Positions 1-13,464 of a stretch of DNA of 64,000 bases are shown here, one piece after another; the first letter of the stretch is position 1, and each line of letters begins with the position of its first letter. Source of the stretch: Daphnia carinata (taxonomy: Eukaryota); contig NC_081334.1 in assembly GCF_022539665.2 (NCBI RefSeq), positions 1,798,001 through 1,862,000 on the forward strand. The letters are read 5' to 3'. Made by a program: the position numbers and the translations under genes. Below the pieces are notes generated by a model. That model had not been told where the DNA came from, searched no databases, and saw nothing but the letters and a program-made list of their open reading frames with translations.

Positions 1-714
1 TATATGTGTCTGTCTACACCGGATAGGAGAGAAAAGTCTAAATGTATGCCGAAACGGCTGAAGACGGAGAGCGTCGTTGATGATGCCACCATTTTCAACG
101 GCGCTCAGTTTTCTTGGCAAAAGGGCGAGCTTCTAAGAAAAAGTTCCCTTATATTATTATGTATTTTTTTTTTCTTCTTCTTCTTCTTCCAAAAGCATGG
201 CAAGTCAGAAGGGGCACAACTTTTAGCTTCCCTTTCTTGCTCTTTAAATATTTCGAGTCTACCCCAGGATTCCCATTCGGCCGCAAATGGCTGCCTACAT
301 ATATATATATCCAACACGAAACGGCAGTAGCCCGATCGATAATTTTATACGTGTACTGTTTCAACTCGTTTGTAGCCAACGTCAGTTTCCTCCCTTCGAA
401 AGATTCAAAGAATCTCGTAGAAAAAAAAAATGAAAAAATTTGTCAAAAGGAATCATCAATGTCATTGGGTTTCAAAGGTAACATACTGTGTACAAAAGGA
501 GCGCAACATCCGACAAATAGATCGATGGTGTACACGCGTATATGTAGTAGACGCTAAAAATATTGATATGGTTCGTGGTATGTGTGTGTGCACAACAAGG
601 AATGGCATCCCTTTTGAGATCTTTCATTTTTTATTAGTTCCCCCCCCCCTTCACTTCGTGATGCCATATGAAGTAAAAGTACATCAAACAACATTTAATA
701 ATATATTTTTTTTT

Positions 715-745
<31 letters not shown>

Positions 746-3700
746 GGGGGGTTTGTCTTGCCCGACCTAGGCGAAGTGAATGAGTTCTGCTTAAGAACAT
801 TGATGTTCTCTATACCGTAGTCAATTCAACGGACAATGCGTGTGTGTTTATAGGCTCAGCTAAAGATCGGCCGCGCAACCACCTGAAGCTGCTTTATTAT
901 GCACGTGCGTCTTCAATTGCCGTATATACGTATATATATATAGAGGCCCTAAAAAGTTTGATTCGAGCCGGCTGCATTTCAAACGGCTGGCGTTTGCTGT
1001 TTCCATTTTGACCAAACTATGCGAAAGAGTCGAGCACTCTCGTAGATTGGCCATCACAATGTTGAAACAACAAAGAAACTACACGCGAAATACATTAGCC
1101 TTAGCTATACACCAACCAACTTTATAAATGACTGGTTCACGCTAATTCAATTTCAGCCGTTGTGCCAAGACACTGTACGTATAGCAAAAAGTTGGGAGTA
1201 TCGTTTGTTAAAAGCCCTCGCTTTCGGGCCAAATGAGTTTCACTTCTAAATCATGCATCAGGTGTACATATACGTATACATCTATGTCGGGGGAAATTCC
1301 TCGGTCAATTCAATATCGAATTCTCGAGGCCATTCATATAAGATAGACAAGTCGGAGCACACACATATTGCAAAGGGCTATCCTATCGGCTAATATATAT
1401 ATACACACCCATGTTCAATCACAATATTACGTATTATGGCCATCACGAAAAGCAATAAATATTTCGTCGGTATCCAGGCCGAGGGACACGAAACCAATAA
1501 CATCGTCCAACTTATGGACTTTTATTTTATTTATTGATTCATTTATTTATTTTTTTTTTGTTTTTAGCTCTTTTGTGTTGTATACACAAGTAACTCACCT
1601 GCATATATAGGCTACAGCATAAAATTCTATGAATGCTTCGGCCAGCCAAACTCTCTGCCCAAGCACTTGACACGTGTAAGTGGAAATATATCCCAAGAGA
1701 TATACACGAAACAGAGATTTATAAATGACGTACAGCATATATTTAATAGTACGCAGCGTTGACTCTCGCCTCGCATCGGCCGGTCTTGTTCGATTTGTTT
1801 CAACACGCGCGTGAGTAAGCTGCCTATGTATAGAAACCACACATAAACAGAGAAAGCCTACAGGCTAGGAAAAATAGGCACGTGAATATAGAAAGGTAAA
1901 GGAAAAGATAAGCACAAAGTCAGATTGTTAATGTATTACTACATGTGCTTATAAATTTCAAGATCGCATCACAGTCTACAACAGATCGTTTTGCTCATTG
2001 GCATCGCATGATTATACGCGGTGTATACACACACGCGTGTCAGCTCTTTCTAATCGTTAAAGCCGATTAAAAAAGCCGTTTAATTTTTTGATGTGATGTG
2101 TAGTAGCAGCTTACCGAGGACTGGTTTTTGTTGCTCATCTGTTAAAGCTGCAGGTATTTTCCTTTGTATACATAGATATTCGTGTATATCATTTGATGAG
2201 CTGTACAGAATAGTGGATTGTTTCTAGTCCCGGGGTCAACACGGAATTACAAAGAAAGCTTTTTGTCGGAATATGTGATGAGAAAGAGCAACGCGTTTTG
2301 TATAATACATTGTAGATACCCTCTATTGCGACTGGCCATCTCCTCAGTTTCCCGCCCGGAAATTGTGACGTATATACACCCCTTTGATGCGAGATATATA
2401 CCTAAATGCTTCGATCCACTCTTCCTGGAACATCTCGTTTCTGATGTATATACTGTATATATACAGTATTTGTATCCCAGCATGTTGACCTACTGAACTT
2501 GACAGGTTCATTGCTGATTTACGTCACCGGTCCAAGTTACTGACTTTGATCTACTTCCTCAAACATCTCCGAGATCCTCTAAACGCAACAGCTGTGTATA
2601 CGCAGTTAATGGAAATCACGTAATTAGCGTGTTGTCCTGCCGTTATTGACGCGCGACTGCGCTACATTTAACATCGAATACGTAATCAAATACGACGTAG
2701 TGCTCAGCCGACGTCGAGATATAGAGGAACGAAGGGTTTTATTTTTTTCGAAGAAGATTGAATGCAACACGAACTTGTTGATGAAACATCTCACGCTTTT
2801 CTTGACGATAAAGAGCTATGAGTTCTTCTGTAAGCCACATGGTTTTCGTTTTTTTTTTCCTTGTGCAAATCAATTTGTAAGGCTTTTCTTCGTTGCCACT
2901 TTGTGCAGCATTTCAACGTATATTGGCTATTCTACATGTCAACGCTTGAAAATAAGAAACTAACGATGACATACACATCCTGTTTGAACATCCACAGCCT
3001 ACACAGTGTATTCTGATAACGTAAATAAGGATACAAGCTTCTTTTGTATTGATCAGTGCCAGGCTAGCTATGCAAACATTGAAATACTGTTTACGAAATA
3101 CAGACTTTTCATGCGAGTCAATAGTTATACAACGCATCTCTTGATGGTTGTGGATCTTAACTTGCACATCAGCAACTTGCCTTTCATTAACTGCGACACA
3201 TCTTCAGCTTTGCAGTTTTCGAGTTGGCGACTGTGGACTTGGACAATGTATAGACGCATATAGACAATAACTTGGTGCGCAGACACGTTAAATAAATTTG
3301 CAGCTGGCTGAAATTGAATTCACGCGCGCCTACGTATTATATTGACTTTTGATATCCTCGCACAAGTCTTGAGATTATACAATTTTTATTTTTCACGCCA
3401 CGTATACAAGGAAGAAAATGGAAATCGTATCCCCGAGATTCGCGTGATCGGCTAGAGGCTCACGTAACGCCAACGGCGTTTCATTATTTGCCCTTTCTTC
3501 TTCTTTTTTTTTTTTTTTTAAATATATGTTTTGATTCACCGCCTCGTTTGTTCTCCATCTGCCCTTATACGCGATAGTTGCAACGTGACGGGAGCAAAAC
3601 GAACGGCACGAACAGTTGAGACAAGTCAAACACGACAATGTCATCGCGAAAAAAGGGCCAGACGAGAGCGTAATAACCTCTGGTAGAAAAGGGGGGGAAA

Positions 3701-6124
3701 AATGTGCTGAAAGAGGACGTTGGGCCAATGGCAAACCAAATACAAGACTTTTCCAAACGCCGCGGTCAGACGATGTAACGTGCTCAAGTATATACAGCCC
3801 CTTCTATAACAAGATCTTCTCGTTACTGGAGACAAAATCTTTTGCAGCCTGATGCACAAAGGCAGAGAGAGTCGGAGTTACTAACAAAAAAAAAAGGGAA
3901 TCTAGACAATATAAATGGATGTCCAGGTTGACAGGGCTTTATTTATTTGTCATTCAAACGGAGTGAGATAGCAGATCGAGCTGGTGTCTGAAAGCTAACA
4001 AGCTTACACGAAAAAGAACGAGGAAGATACATATGTTAAAAAAACGGAATATGTCAATAAATAAAAACATTTTTGGCGGCATGAAATGTTTTATTCGACA
4101 TCTATTTCAATCATATAAAGAATATTGGTCATTTTAGAAAATAGTTTGGAACACGCGCACAAAAAATGAGATTTACAAAGGGCTGGTATAGAGTTGTGTT
4201 TTTAATGAGTAAAGAAGAGGAATTGTATAGGTGGAAAAAAGCGAGAAACGAGGCCTATAGATCTTTGTTAATTTAAGAGGAAATGAATTTGACGGCAGCA
4301 GCCAGTAGGGAATTTTGCTGTATAGAGCAGCGTGGCATAAGCCGGAAGCACTCGTGCGGCACGGCAAAGATTTTAATCACGGGCAGCCAGCAGACGTTGA
4401 AGCGCGTAGCAGAAAGCTGAATGAAAAATATTTCATCAACGCGGGGCGGCCAGCAACAGACATGAAAGGGCATATAGAAATGCGATTGCCTTTTTAAAAG
4501 AACTTCTTATTTTGCGGTTCCTTACACTCGGCATTAATCAGCGGGGAACAAAAAGGAAGAAAAAAAAAAAGAAATCAGTCTACCATGGCATCAGAACGAA
4601 GAGACACAACGCGTTTAAAAATTACGCATAATAAGTTATGTGCGTCTGTACAAAAGAAACTTGCGAGGAAAATTCTAAGAGAGCAGTTTACGCTTATTCG
4701 TTTTGATAAAGTAGTGCCCTCGTGATAGCTTCGTGTAAGATTGGGGACGGGGCCTTTTGGAGTGATGGGACCTTGTCAATTCGTTTTTGGAAATGATGAT
4801 AATCTATGTACAGTTCTATGGCACTACGAGACTGGGTGGATGTTCTCTGAAGGGTGCAGAATTAAGTAACAAAAGATAAAGTTAGGAATGTAATTATTCT
4901 CTCGGGACTGTCAGACAGGAAATTGTATCGGTACGTTATATGGCAACTCGGGATTGGATTTGGGCCAAGACCATTAAAAGACAAAATAAATGTCGAGATG
5001 GTGAGATTCTAGAAGATAAAAAAAAAAAGAACAAAAAAAACTGATAGTCAGAAGATGGCGAACGTCAGTTGGCAGCAAATGGATGGAAAACGTGTACGCA
5101 TCCAAATAATATCGAACCGACTGATACAGCGCGTCAAACATTTCCTCCTTTGTGCTCAGCCTTTTCCTGTTCGACTTCAATCAGATTTTTTCCCCCACTT
5201 GCTTATTCTTTTTGTTGTGTATTTTTCTTGATTCGCGTAGGCAGTTACGCGATCGGCCGATGACAAGAGGCATTGTATTCTGGTAAGACGTAATAACAGC
5301 TGTTCAGTTACTACTCTTTCATGGTGGACCCAAGAGGCTCGTAATACTATCGATAGGTGGCAGTACCTTACGAAGCAATTTTTGGGAAATTCGGTAGGCG
5401 CCATAAAATTTGATAGAATTTAGTTCAGTCGAGAATGTTCGATACCGAAGTGCTTTTAGAGGTGACACTGGATGCCGGAATTCTCGAAGGGTTGGTTTAA
5501 TCCACTTTATTTTAAAAAATTAGTTGTAAATAATTGGCTAGCAGAGCTCTTATTAACATCATTTAGATTGTATATTTGATAAGTTTTGAGATATATAAAA
5601 CTTGAATGTTTGAAAGATTAAGAATGTAGTTCTTGTAGTAATCTTAACATCCATGTTTGTTTCCGCCTCATGGTAGCCATTTCCTCTACAGGTCACTTTG
5701 TCTTAATGGATTTCTGTCATCCTAGAGCAAGTATGTGAATTTGCATCATATACAATCCACAAATTAATGTTGAAGTTGTTGTGCTAGCAGATGAGGTTGC
5801 TGCTGCCTAGCTAAAGGTTCAGATATTTTTTCGAGATCTGATCAAATTTTGACATAAACAAGGGTGTCTGTGATATCCCGAATGAGGCAAGCAATTTTTG
5901 CCAAAAAAACAAGCATCATAAAAGTTGATTTGACATTTTTTGTTTTTTTTAACTTTTAAAATGATCTTACACTTATTTTTTTCGATTTCTTCTTATCTAG
6001 GTTTGGAAGGTCACTACAGTTGTAGAATGAACAGCCAGTAAAAGAGCTGGAACCTGAGACAGGAGGATTTACTGATGCAAGCCCTAAAAAGGAGCCCCTA
6101 TAATGTTGATGCCAGATTACGATG

Positions 6125-6600
6125 GAGTACCTAAATGAAGGCATCGCCGTGACATCTGTCATATCATCTCCGCCAATTTCTTCATGTGGGGCTTCTTCAT
6201 AAGCCATCCATCTCTCCATCATACAGCCATCTTGCGCAATTTCATCAAACACATCACCTTCTCCTTGTAGCCTTGCTGTCTTTTCTACTATTCTTCTACA
6301 ATAACCAAATTGACGCAAAGAAGGGTGAGATAACAGATTTTACCTGACCGTGTTTCAAGCGGTTTTAGCTCATCCACGGTTACACCTGAACCGCAGTGTA
6401 TGAACAAATCGCGGCAGGGAAATAAGTACTGCAGTGACCAGGACATTGGCGACAATACATATATGCCAGGTAAGCTCATCCCATTCAAAAGATTTCGGGA
6501 AAAAATTATAGGCAAGTGCTGTCAAAATTTTGCCGCAACGCATTCAAGTATGGAGATTTTAACGCCTTGCATAGCTGAATAACAGAATTTGAAAAAATTC
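6125..6600 (-). pseudogene. Possible decayed SWIM-zinc-finger (MULE transposase-like) fragment
   Basis: The minus strand reads YCRQCP and then, after a frameshift, WSLQYLFPCRDLF, which resembles the SWIM C..C...PCxH motif. Broken by stops and frameshifts. Confidence 0.3.
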
Positions 6601-8841
6601 AAACAAATTCGTAACCAGCAAAAACAGAGCTCTGGAAGAATTGTACCTTGTTATTCTCTGATTTTGTCACTTGTAATGATGTGTTATTGACCTAAACCTG
6701 AAAAGGAACTGCTGGATATAACTACAGCAACAATATTTACAAAGCAACATAATGTACCAGATTTGCCTATTTAGATGTCATGGGTGTCTGGTGTTGCTGA
6801 TTTGTGTCGGTGAAAGGAAACGAATCGATTTTTCACCGAAAATGTAATGGATCTATTTCAGATTACCAATGAAGACTGCGTTGATTGAGTTGACCTCCAC
6901 CAGGAAAGAAGAATGAAAACCATTGATACTGAATATCCATCACATGAAAGAATCCTTGATGAATTTTACTTTATTTCATGTTAATTAACGCAAGAGATTT
7001 GGGAACAACAAAGGTTACTGCCTACTGTAATGTTTAAAAAGCTTTTCAGCCACTACGCTGGGAATGTCGATGAGCGTAAATCGAATGATTCTGGCTTCAG
7101 GGTACAGTTTGTATACCATGATGTGAACTTGTATCAGTATTCACTAATTCCTTTATAATTTCAAGTAGAAAGAGTATATAGCCAAGCAAAGCAGTTACCT
7201 GAGAGGAAATCCAAAATCATCTTAATGATGGGACATGTAGAAAAAAAAAAATGTTTGCTAAAAGCGGAACATTGCCTCGGAGAGCGGCTTCTAAAACATG
7301 ATTTCTCGCGAAAACTATGGTCTTCGTCAGATGGCGTTCACTGCCTAATCTGTCGAGCAACGTCACCTCGCTAAACCCAGATGGGAATTTCCAAGTCCGT
7401 AGTCATGCAAGTATTTGAAAACCTTATTAACTGCTTCTTCAATCAAAATTTTTTTTTAACACATTCCAATAGTGGCTGTTACTAGGTGGCGAATAGTACC
7501 GTGGAGATTGCATAGGTGATTATTTGAATAGAGTGGAAATTATATATTTTTTATTATAATTTATTTCCTTTTACTTTCTATAGATCTTTCTGAGATTAGC
7601 TTCATATGTAAGTTTTTCTGGTCGGTAAGTAAAAATAGTTAATGCATTTGATATTATAATAACAAATTTTAATGGCAACAGAAACACAGCCCAAGGAATT
7701 CTAGTTTGACTGTCAAATACAAACGGAACAAGTTGGGAAGGAAGACTCAGAATGAATACAAAAAATGACAGGTAATTAAAAAAGATTGACCTCAAAATAC
7801 CTACACTTTGGTAAGTTAATGCATGTAAATGTATAGATAACTGCAACGATTGTGACTTGTTGAGGAAAACTATGTCAACAGTGCTAGTACTTGGTCTTTC
7901 TGACTTCCTCCCAAGCAATTATTTTTGTATTACATACAACTATTCCAATTGTGATGTTTGGAATCCAAACCCGTGAATAGAAAAAATCCCTATTCCAGTT
8001 ATTAAGCCCCTATCCTACATAGATGGCTTGAATATTGTTTCAAAGATTTATTTTGATTTCAGGAAAAGGCTAAAGGAAGACGTCGTTGCTGTTTTACTTT
8101 GGGGAACCATCTTCGTGGAAATTATTTTTACAGAAATTAATTTACAGACTCGGTAGGTAGAAGCGTTATAGAAAATCTGTTTTTGATCTATTAATGTAAA
8201 CATTTCTTGGTAAAATTCTAATGGTTTGCGCCGTGAACGACAGATGGCTACCGATGTTAGCCACCTTGTTTTTCCCTCTGATGGTTCTCGATGCTTTCAT
8301 CCCGGCAGTTGCATTTGTGTCGTGGATCAACGATTAAGTAAGCTTGGTGTTGTTTTGATGGAGCTTTTATTAAGTGTAAAGGACAACTAATTGCAGAAAA
8401 ATGAAAGTGTATGGCCTCTTGCCTGCTTATTATTTAAGTGATGGAGGTAACATAGTGATCGATTTAACTAGAAACGACCTCAGCACAAAACTTGATTTTG
8501 TTGCCACGTGTAAGCCACGACGGCAACTGTTTGAAAATAATTTATTTCCGGTTGTTACGCTGTTCTTTCTTCCTGAGCAAAGAAAAACAAATAAGAAATT
8601 AAATGTAAGACTAAAGATTCGTTGCCCATTTATATATTACAAGTTAAACTTTCGAAAATGGGTAAGCACAAAAAAAATTTGTCATTTCAGTTTGTGAAGA
8701 CCGTGTGTTAATTGAATGTAGCTTTTCCCTTCTAAAATCTAGTCTTTTTCGTACGCAGGGTACAGCAGAAAGAAATTCGTTACGGGAATTCACCAGTTGC
8801 GCTAAATGGGGCGTGAGTCATGACCAATCCAGTTTCGGGCA

Positions 8842-9170
8842 CGACGGCGTTGGTAATATGTTACTCCTAGATGCATGATAATGGTTCCAGGTCTTAACCC
8901 TAGATGGCAGGATAATGGCTCTAAGTCTTACCCCTAGATGGCAGGATAATGGTTCTAAGTCTTACTTACTCCTAGGTGGCGTTGGTAACGGTACATGGTT
9001 TTACTACATGATGGCGCGCTGTAATGGTGCGTGATCATACGCGAAGACGGCGTCTGTAGTGAGACGTAGTCTCGCCCCTAGATGGCGTCTGTAATGGTAT
9101 ACAATCTCACCCCTAGGTGGCGCTAGAATGGTTCATCGAGTTACTCCTAGATGGCTGTTGTAATAGTACA
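8842..9170 (+). repeat. Degenerate ~33-34 bp minisatellite (~9 units) with CCTAGRTGGCR core (CTCF-like motif)
   Basis: Repeated ccctagatggcag, cctaggtggcg and ccctagatggcg, each followed by a gtaatgg/ataatgg-like segment. Confidence 0.8.
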
Positions 9171-11020
9171 CCTTCTACTTCCTGGTTGGGCCGGATGCTG
9201 AGAATCAAAATGAATCATGGGAAGTTCTGGAAGAGCTTGATCTAATGTTACAATTTTCTTTTCGTAACGAATTGTAACACATTTTATTTTTTGTTCTTAC
9301 AGTATGTTTCTTGGTCTACAAAACTATGGGAAACTGGATACCTCTGCAGCATAAAGTAAAACATACGGTTGACATAACCTCAGGTGGTGCATAGATAAAT
9401 ATTGCGCTTGTCTTCTACCAGATGCCAGCCTAATCAGTCTCATACTTTATTGCTTTTGCATCATGGGTATGATTTTACGTTTGTTTTTGCAAATATCTGA
9501 TAACTTCTTAGTATACTTGGTTTAAGAGATGTAGCTTTGTTTCTGCTTGTAGTTCAAAAATCAAGAGGCAATCCAATAACCACAGTCTGTTACGGATTTG
9601 TGAGTTGTTTTTTTTACAGATTGATTAGAATAACAAAAATCTGTAACAGTGACCACAAGATGTTAACATAGTGTTTATTTTTAAGAATTTAAACAGGTTC
9701 TAAGTGGCAAAACAACCAATGGTGATGATAGCTTATTTGCCTAGTTGCAAATGCTAACAAGCTCATCTTGGAAGGTGAGAAAATAAGTGATATTCAAACA
9801 AATATTGATGGATTGCACATGAAGGAATAATACTGGTTTTTACTCTTCTATTGGAATAAGGCATACCGCCAATATCTTCGTGTTTTACAGGTATCTGCTT
9901 AGCCTTCTCAATGAAATTCTGTGTAATTCTACTTTAAAATGTAAAAATGTTTTAACAAGTCTAAGTTTAATTAATTCACAATATTCGTATACATAATTAT
10001 ATTTTTATAATATTTTGTGATATGCTGTCAGGCGTTAATTGAAGATTTCTTTTCACTGTTTTAGGACTAAGCAGGATTACAGGCAACATGCAGGGAAGTG
10101 GCAAGACATTTAAATTCTCAACAAAATAGTAGGTTAGTAGGTTCAACTGATACTTAATTTAACTTCATGCATTGATTATAACTTACATTTTGTTTAAAAC
10201 TAGGTTTCAATGTTCATGGGCAAGTCACTGGTAAAAAACTAAAGTAAGGCACAATTCAGAATCTTAGTTTTTCTGAGTGACACATTCGTTCACAGTAATA
10301 TTAAAGTAGAGTAATGTTTACTTTCACATTTTATACCAGATTGCTGTCAATCTTTGCTAGCTTATCATAAAATGTCATGTGACTACAGAGATTGGTTTGC
10401 CTGTTCCAAGAATTGATAGCAAAAAATATGCATTAGTTATAGGTAGTTATGGGTGAAAAGAAGCAACTTTTTGTTTTTCCGACATCTACATCCTACATGC
10501 ACGTTAACATAGAAGGAAATGTCTTCTAAAGTAAAGAATAAAACATATTTGCTTACTTTTGCATTTTATTCCAGGTTGCTGTCAATCTGCTAGCTGATCA
10601 AATAAGATGTTGTGTGACTACATTGCTTGGTTTGCATGGTCCATGAATTGGAAACAGAAAATGATGGTGAGGTTTTGGTGAAAGCAACATACTTGAAAGG
10701 TAACAGACAAAACTCTTCCTGTAACTAGTATGACTCAAAATTTGGTTTGTTTTCCATGATGGCAAATAAGTCAATAGTTTCATGATAATGAGAGTTGATA
10801 GGAAAAAGAGTTTTATTACTTGAAATGGTGATTAACAAGTTACCATTTTTATATAAAATGAAGATTACCTATTCCAAGAATTTATAGTAGAAAATGATGC
10901 TGAGGTTTTGGGGAGGGCGACTTCCTTAAAAAGTATGTATAAAAAAACAAAAGCAATTGATTCTGATAGATTGAGTAAAAATTTCTTGCTTTAATGTCCG
11001 TTAGATAGCGCACAACTCAA

Positions 11021-11212
11021 CCGCATTCATTCCGGATAGATGGCGTTGAAAGTCTCCACTGAAGTCTAATAAATGGCGTTGGAAGTCTATTGAAGTCCAA
11101 TAGATGGCGTTGGAAGCCTCTGCTGAAGTCTAATAGATGGCGTTGGAAGTCTCCGTTGAATTCCATTGGAAGCCTTTGTTCAATTCCAATAGATGGCGTT
11201 GAAGTTTACTGA
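11021..11212 (+). repeat. ~30-33 bp minisatellite, consensus ~ccaatagatggcgttggaagtct..tgaagt (CTCF-like core)
   Basis: About five tagatggcgtt/taaatggcgtt units are visible. Confidence 0.8.
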
Positions 11213-12739
11213 AGTTTGAAATCTGACGTTGCCTGCTAGCGCAGACTATGGATGTGTATTACCCATATTCTTCACTATTTTTGATTAATTTAGGTATTTA
11301 ATACCTTCGTGGTTAATTTTTATACTCACATTTATTATTCATTAGCAAGAGACTTTAGGTTTGTCAGATACGAATATTTAAAACAAATGCAAAACATTTT
11401 TCCAGGAACTACCACTGGTTTTCTTCTGGAATGGTGTGTGGAAGCCAATCAGGAATTGAAAGCCTTTGATTAATTCGATGGGTACACGTTAACTTTCACA
11501 AGGAAAGTTTTTTTTAAATTAAACAGATTTTTGTTTAATTTTCTTGATATAGGTTAGATGAAGTAATATAATGAATTGGAAAATGTATGGATAATTTCAC
11601 TTCCGCTCATGGTATTTTTATTTATCGATTGAATTCCATGGTTGATCTTTTCATGTAAACTCATTTCCTCTTGACTCTTTTAGTTACAAACACTAAGTAA
11701 ATGTATAAATAATTATCACAGGAAAAATCACCACCTGTGCACAAGTATGTAACCTTTTGTCTATCCTGTGGAGTTTCAGGTGCAATTAGTTGTTCAATGC
11801 TGTGGTGATGACACTTAAAACTGGCTGCCTAACATTCAAAAAGTAGTTAAATTCCTTAAGGTGAGTTGTGGAGTTGTAAGTTAATAGACTCCCATAGTAA
11901 CTTGAATGAAATACTATTTCCTAGGTTTACCATTGTTTTCCAGCTAGGTCTGAAATGTAAAGCTTTATTCAGGTAATCAATCTATAATACCATCAAATTT
12001 ATTTCACAGCAATAAAGTGAGAAGTAATTAACAAAAAATTTATCCCAGGCCCTTGTGATCTTAAATTTGATCTACCGGTCCTAGTAAAATTCGCTTTGGG
12101 TTCTGAGAAGGCCAATACTTTTTAATCTGTGGATGTGTCTAAAGAAATTGCATTGGCGCTGCTGGTTGTCTAACTGGAATTTTAGTTCTTGAATGAGATT
12201 CAGGTTTGATGATGCAGGTGTTACATTAATGAATTACGTTCTAATTCACTAACATTTCAAGGACCAATTTCTTCCTCTTAAAATTTACTTGTAAGTAAAA
12301 ATGAAGCTTTTATATAATTATGTATTATCTACGTAACTTTTTCCTATTCAATAGGAAAGGATTTTGTTCATTCTGGGAAGGTATCTATCAACGAAGGAAG
12401 CTCCAATGGGACGTGTCGTATGTTGTAAGTGTATATATCAAATATGTTATCATTTCCAGTTGTTTCACCCGAAGCTTCTCTCAGAAGAATATGCTAAGCA
12501 ATCAATTCACGAATCATTTAAGGTATGAAATGTATATATGAATCAAGAGTTTTTATGCTTAATGGAGTTTTACTGTCTTATTATAGATTAATAATAAATT
12601 TTGATCTGAAAAGGTTCCTTGTTTGGGGCAACGTACTGAATGAAGCATTATGATTGGATACACTACATGGAATTTCCATACTTTATTGACATTCTCATTT
12701 AAAAACGGTATTTAATATTCTAAAAAATTTAAGTGCATA

Positions 12740-13110
12740 TCTGGGCTCCCTTCCTTTCCGTAGCCCCGTTTCCCCTTGACTCGTAATAAGCCCGTAGGGG
12801 GTCATGCCCCTACTGTACGGTATATATAAAAATAACATATACCGAGGTTTGGAGGGCTCTGGCCGGAAAGGGGACGTGGGGGTCCGCTTAGTCTGATGAT
12901 GTGTTCACGGAGGGCGACGTGGCTACCCACAAATCCGAACTAAAGGTTAATCGCTCCAGTAAAAATGTTCCAAATCTTCGGCTCTTCTTCCGGCTTCTCT
13001 TAGCCAATCACCGGGTAATCTCCCCGGTGGGTCAACAAGGCAGTGTCTCCCCCTGCCTGGGTTGACGGCAACTTTTGAAAGGGCTATTGTGCCTTTTTAA
13101 AGTTGCAAAA
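12740..13110 (+). other. Highly structured non-coding domain 1 (nested and serial hairpins)
   Basis: Pairings: 12743-50 with 12878-85, 12751-60 with 12864-73, 12794-800 with 12807-13, 12818-25 with 12837-44, 13009-15 with 13023-29, 13031-36 with 13061-66, 13068-75 with 13099-106. Several G·T wobbles on the + strand. Confidence 0.6.
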
Positions 13111-13302
13111 ATAATTATAATGTGCAGAGAATTATCAATAAAAATTTTTTTCTAAAATATATTTTGCAAAATTTGTTTCTTTCATTGTCTGTGTACGCTG
13201 GGTTCACACATTATATTTATCAACTTTCTTTTATTTGGCTTACTTAATGCACCTTTATTGCTTATGCCATCTTTGATGGTAAGTATTGTTTCCATTGGTT
13301 TA

Positions 13303-13374
13303 TCGTTCATCTGGGATTTGAACCACAAACCTATAGCATTCCAGCTCAGCGCGCTACCATTGCGCCATGACTAT
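13303..13374 (-). pseudogene. Degenerate tRNA-like sequence / Pol III internal promoter (SINE-head-like)
   Basis: A box TGGCGCAATGG (13367-13357) followed by TAGCGCG, and B box GGTTCAAATCC (13324-13314), at tRNA spacing. Acceptor and anticodon stems do not pair. Confidence 0.6.
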
Positions 13375-13464
13375 CCTTACAAAAATTAGTTTAGATTTTG
13401 ATGCGTATATTAAAATAAGTTCGTCATTAGGTTATTATGGAATGCCTATCATGGTAATGACAAA

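Larger units (their letters stand above)
5500..12720 (+). repeat. AT-rich, CpG-poor block of a dispersed repeat family: multi-exon-like, ORF-less, probably a mosaic of decayed gene fragments (copy 1)
   Basis: 6917-7610 matches the reverse complement of 20632-21372, 9715-9775 that of 21636-21692, and 11285-11865 that of 19070-19660. 10565-10935 matches 62740-63115 directly. Many AG...GT exon-like units with short introns but no long ORF. Boundaries are approximate. Confidence 0.75.

Noticed and set aside
1..5400. Short ORFs and a 15-bp inverted match (1144-58 / 3306-20)
   Set aside because: Low-complexity ORFs without recognisable domains; the match is too short and has no TSD. Looks like intronic or intergenic DNA.
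8842..9170. CRISPR- or TIGR-like repeat-spacer array
   Set aside because: The spacers are homologous to one another (a degenerate minisatellite), the context is eukaryotic, and no associated protein gene is present.
12893..12945. Second hammerhead or C/D snoRNA starting at CTGATGA
   Set aside because: No properly placed GAAA, stem III or cleavage triplet, and no D box with a terminal stem.
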